Shown here: positions 61,571 through 64,000 of the stretch, in pieces
Layout of the letters: every line of letters begins with the position of its first letter
How positions within the stretch are numbered: the stretch's first letter is position 1
The notes under the pieces: model-generated
The model's database searches: none
What the model was told of the DNA's origin: nothing
The model's input: the letters and a program-made list of their open reading frames with translations, nothing else
Source: the human T2T-CHM13v2.0 reference genome, Homo sapiens
Strand: one strand, 5' to 3'
Assembly (NCBI RefSeq): GCF_009914755.1
Contig: NC_060926.1
DNA: 64,000 nucleotides
Made by a program: the position numbers and the translations under genes

Positions 61571-62130
61571 TGATGAGTGTACCTTGAGCTCAAGTAGTAC
61601 CATTATTTTCCGGGGGGGAGTCAGTTTACCAGCAGAGAAGTGAAATTTCTTTTTTTTTTTTTTTTTTCACTTACTGTTCATCCCTCCCCCGAACTGACCA
61701 GTTGCAGCTGCTTTTTCTAATTTTAAAGCCATGTCTCATTTTTTCCATGCAGTGAAGATTGCATGTTAAATTACTGCTGTTTCTAAAATGTTGCTCAGCC
61801 CTTGGAGTAGCTTTTATTTGTCACGGAGTCAGTGGGCTGTCTAGGCCTGCTTCTCTGTTTAGCTTTGGCTAAAAAGATAGATGGCCCTTAATAGGTCTCT
61901 CCTTCCTTCCTTTTTTTGTGGGGGTCTCAGAGGAAAGTCTTGCCAGAAATACAAGTTTCTATTTGAAATTAGCATTTGTTCTTAAAAAAAAAAAGAGTCT
62001 CTAACCTGTCACCAGCTGAGTTTTCTGTTAAGAAGTGATAGATTCTTACCAGGAGAAAAAGAGAGCCGTCTCCACAGGCGTGAGTCAGAGTAATGACAGA
62101 AGAGAACAAGAGAAAATTTCTTCTCGTTGA

Positions 62131-62538
<408 letters not shown>

Positions 62539-62693
62539 GGAATGCTCTACATTTTCAAGGTTGAAATCTCTTGTGATTACCAAACTAAAACTCAGAGGAA
62601 ACAGACACTGAAATACATTCCTGATTGGAGAACAAAACTATCCAACCTCATAGAGAAGGGAATTTGACACTAAGTAATAGAACTACAAGTGCA

Positions 62694-64000
<1,307 letters not shown>

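Overview
Human (or very close great-ape) genomic DNA covering most of NGEF (ephexin-1, a Dbl-family Rho GEF) on the minus strand. I rebuilt 11 phase-consistent GT-AG coding exons by hand: the short-isoform first exon (ATG at 46734) in a CpG island, then exons 4-13. They encode the regulatory N-terminus (Tyr87, poly-Glu) and the DH and PH domains. The SH3 exons and the long-isoform 5' exons lie outside the window. The rest is intron filled with about 35 Alus, a full-length SVA with TSDs, L1 remnants, MaLR/ERV LTRs, hAT/Tigger DNA elements and several VNTRs. Repeat family names come from remembered consensus motifs and repeat boundaries are approximate. I found no evidence of a genuinely new biological system. 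The best leads are splicing hypotheses (a re-splicing donor rebuilt at the exon1b/exon4 junction, 17 UGCAUG motifs upstream of exon 9, a UG-rich higher-order VNTR next to candidate cryptic splice sites) and traces of local template-switch events.
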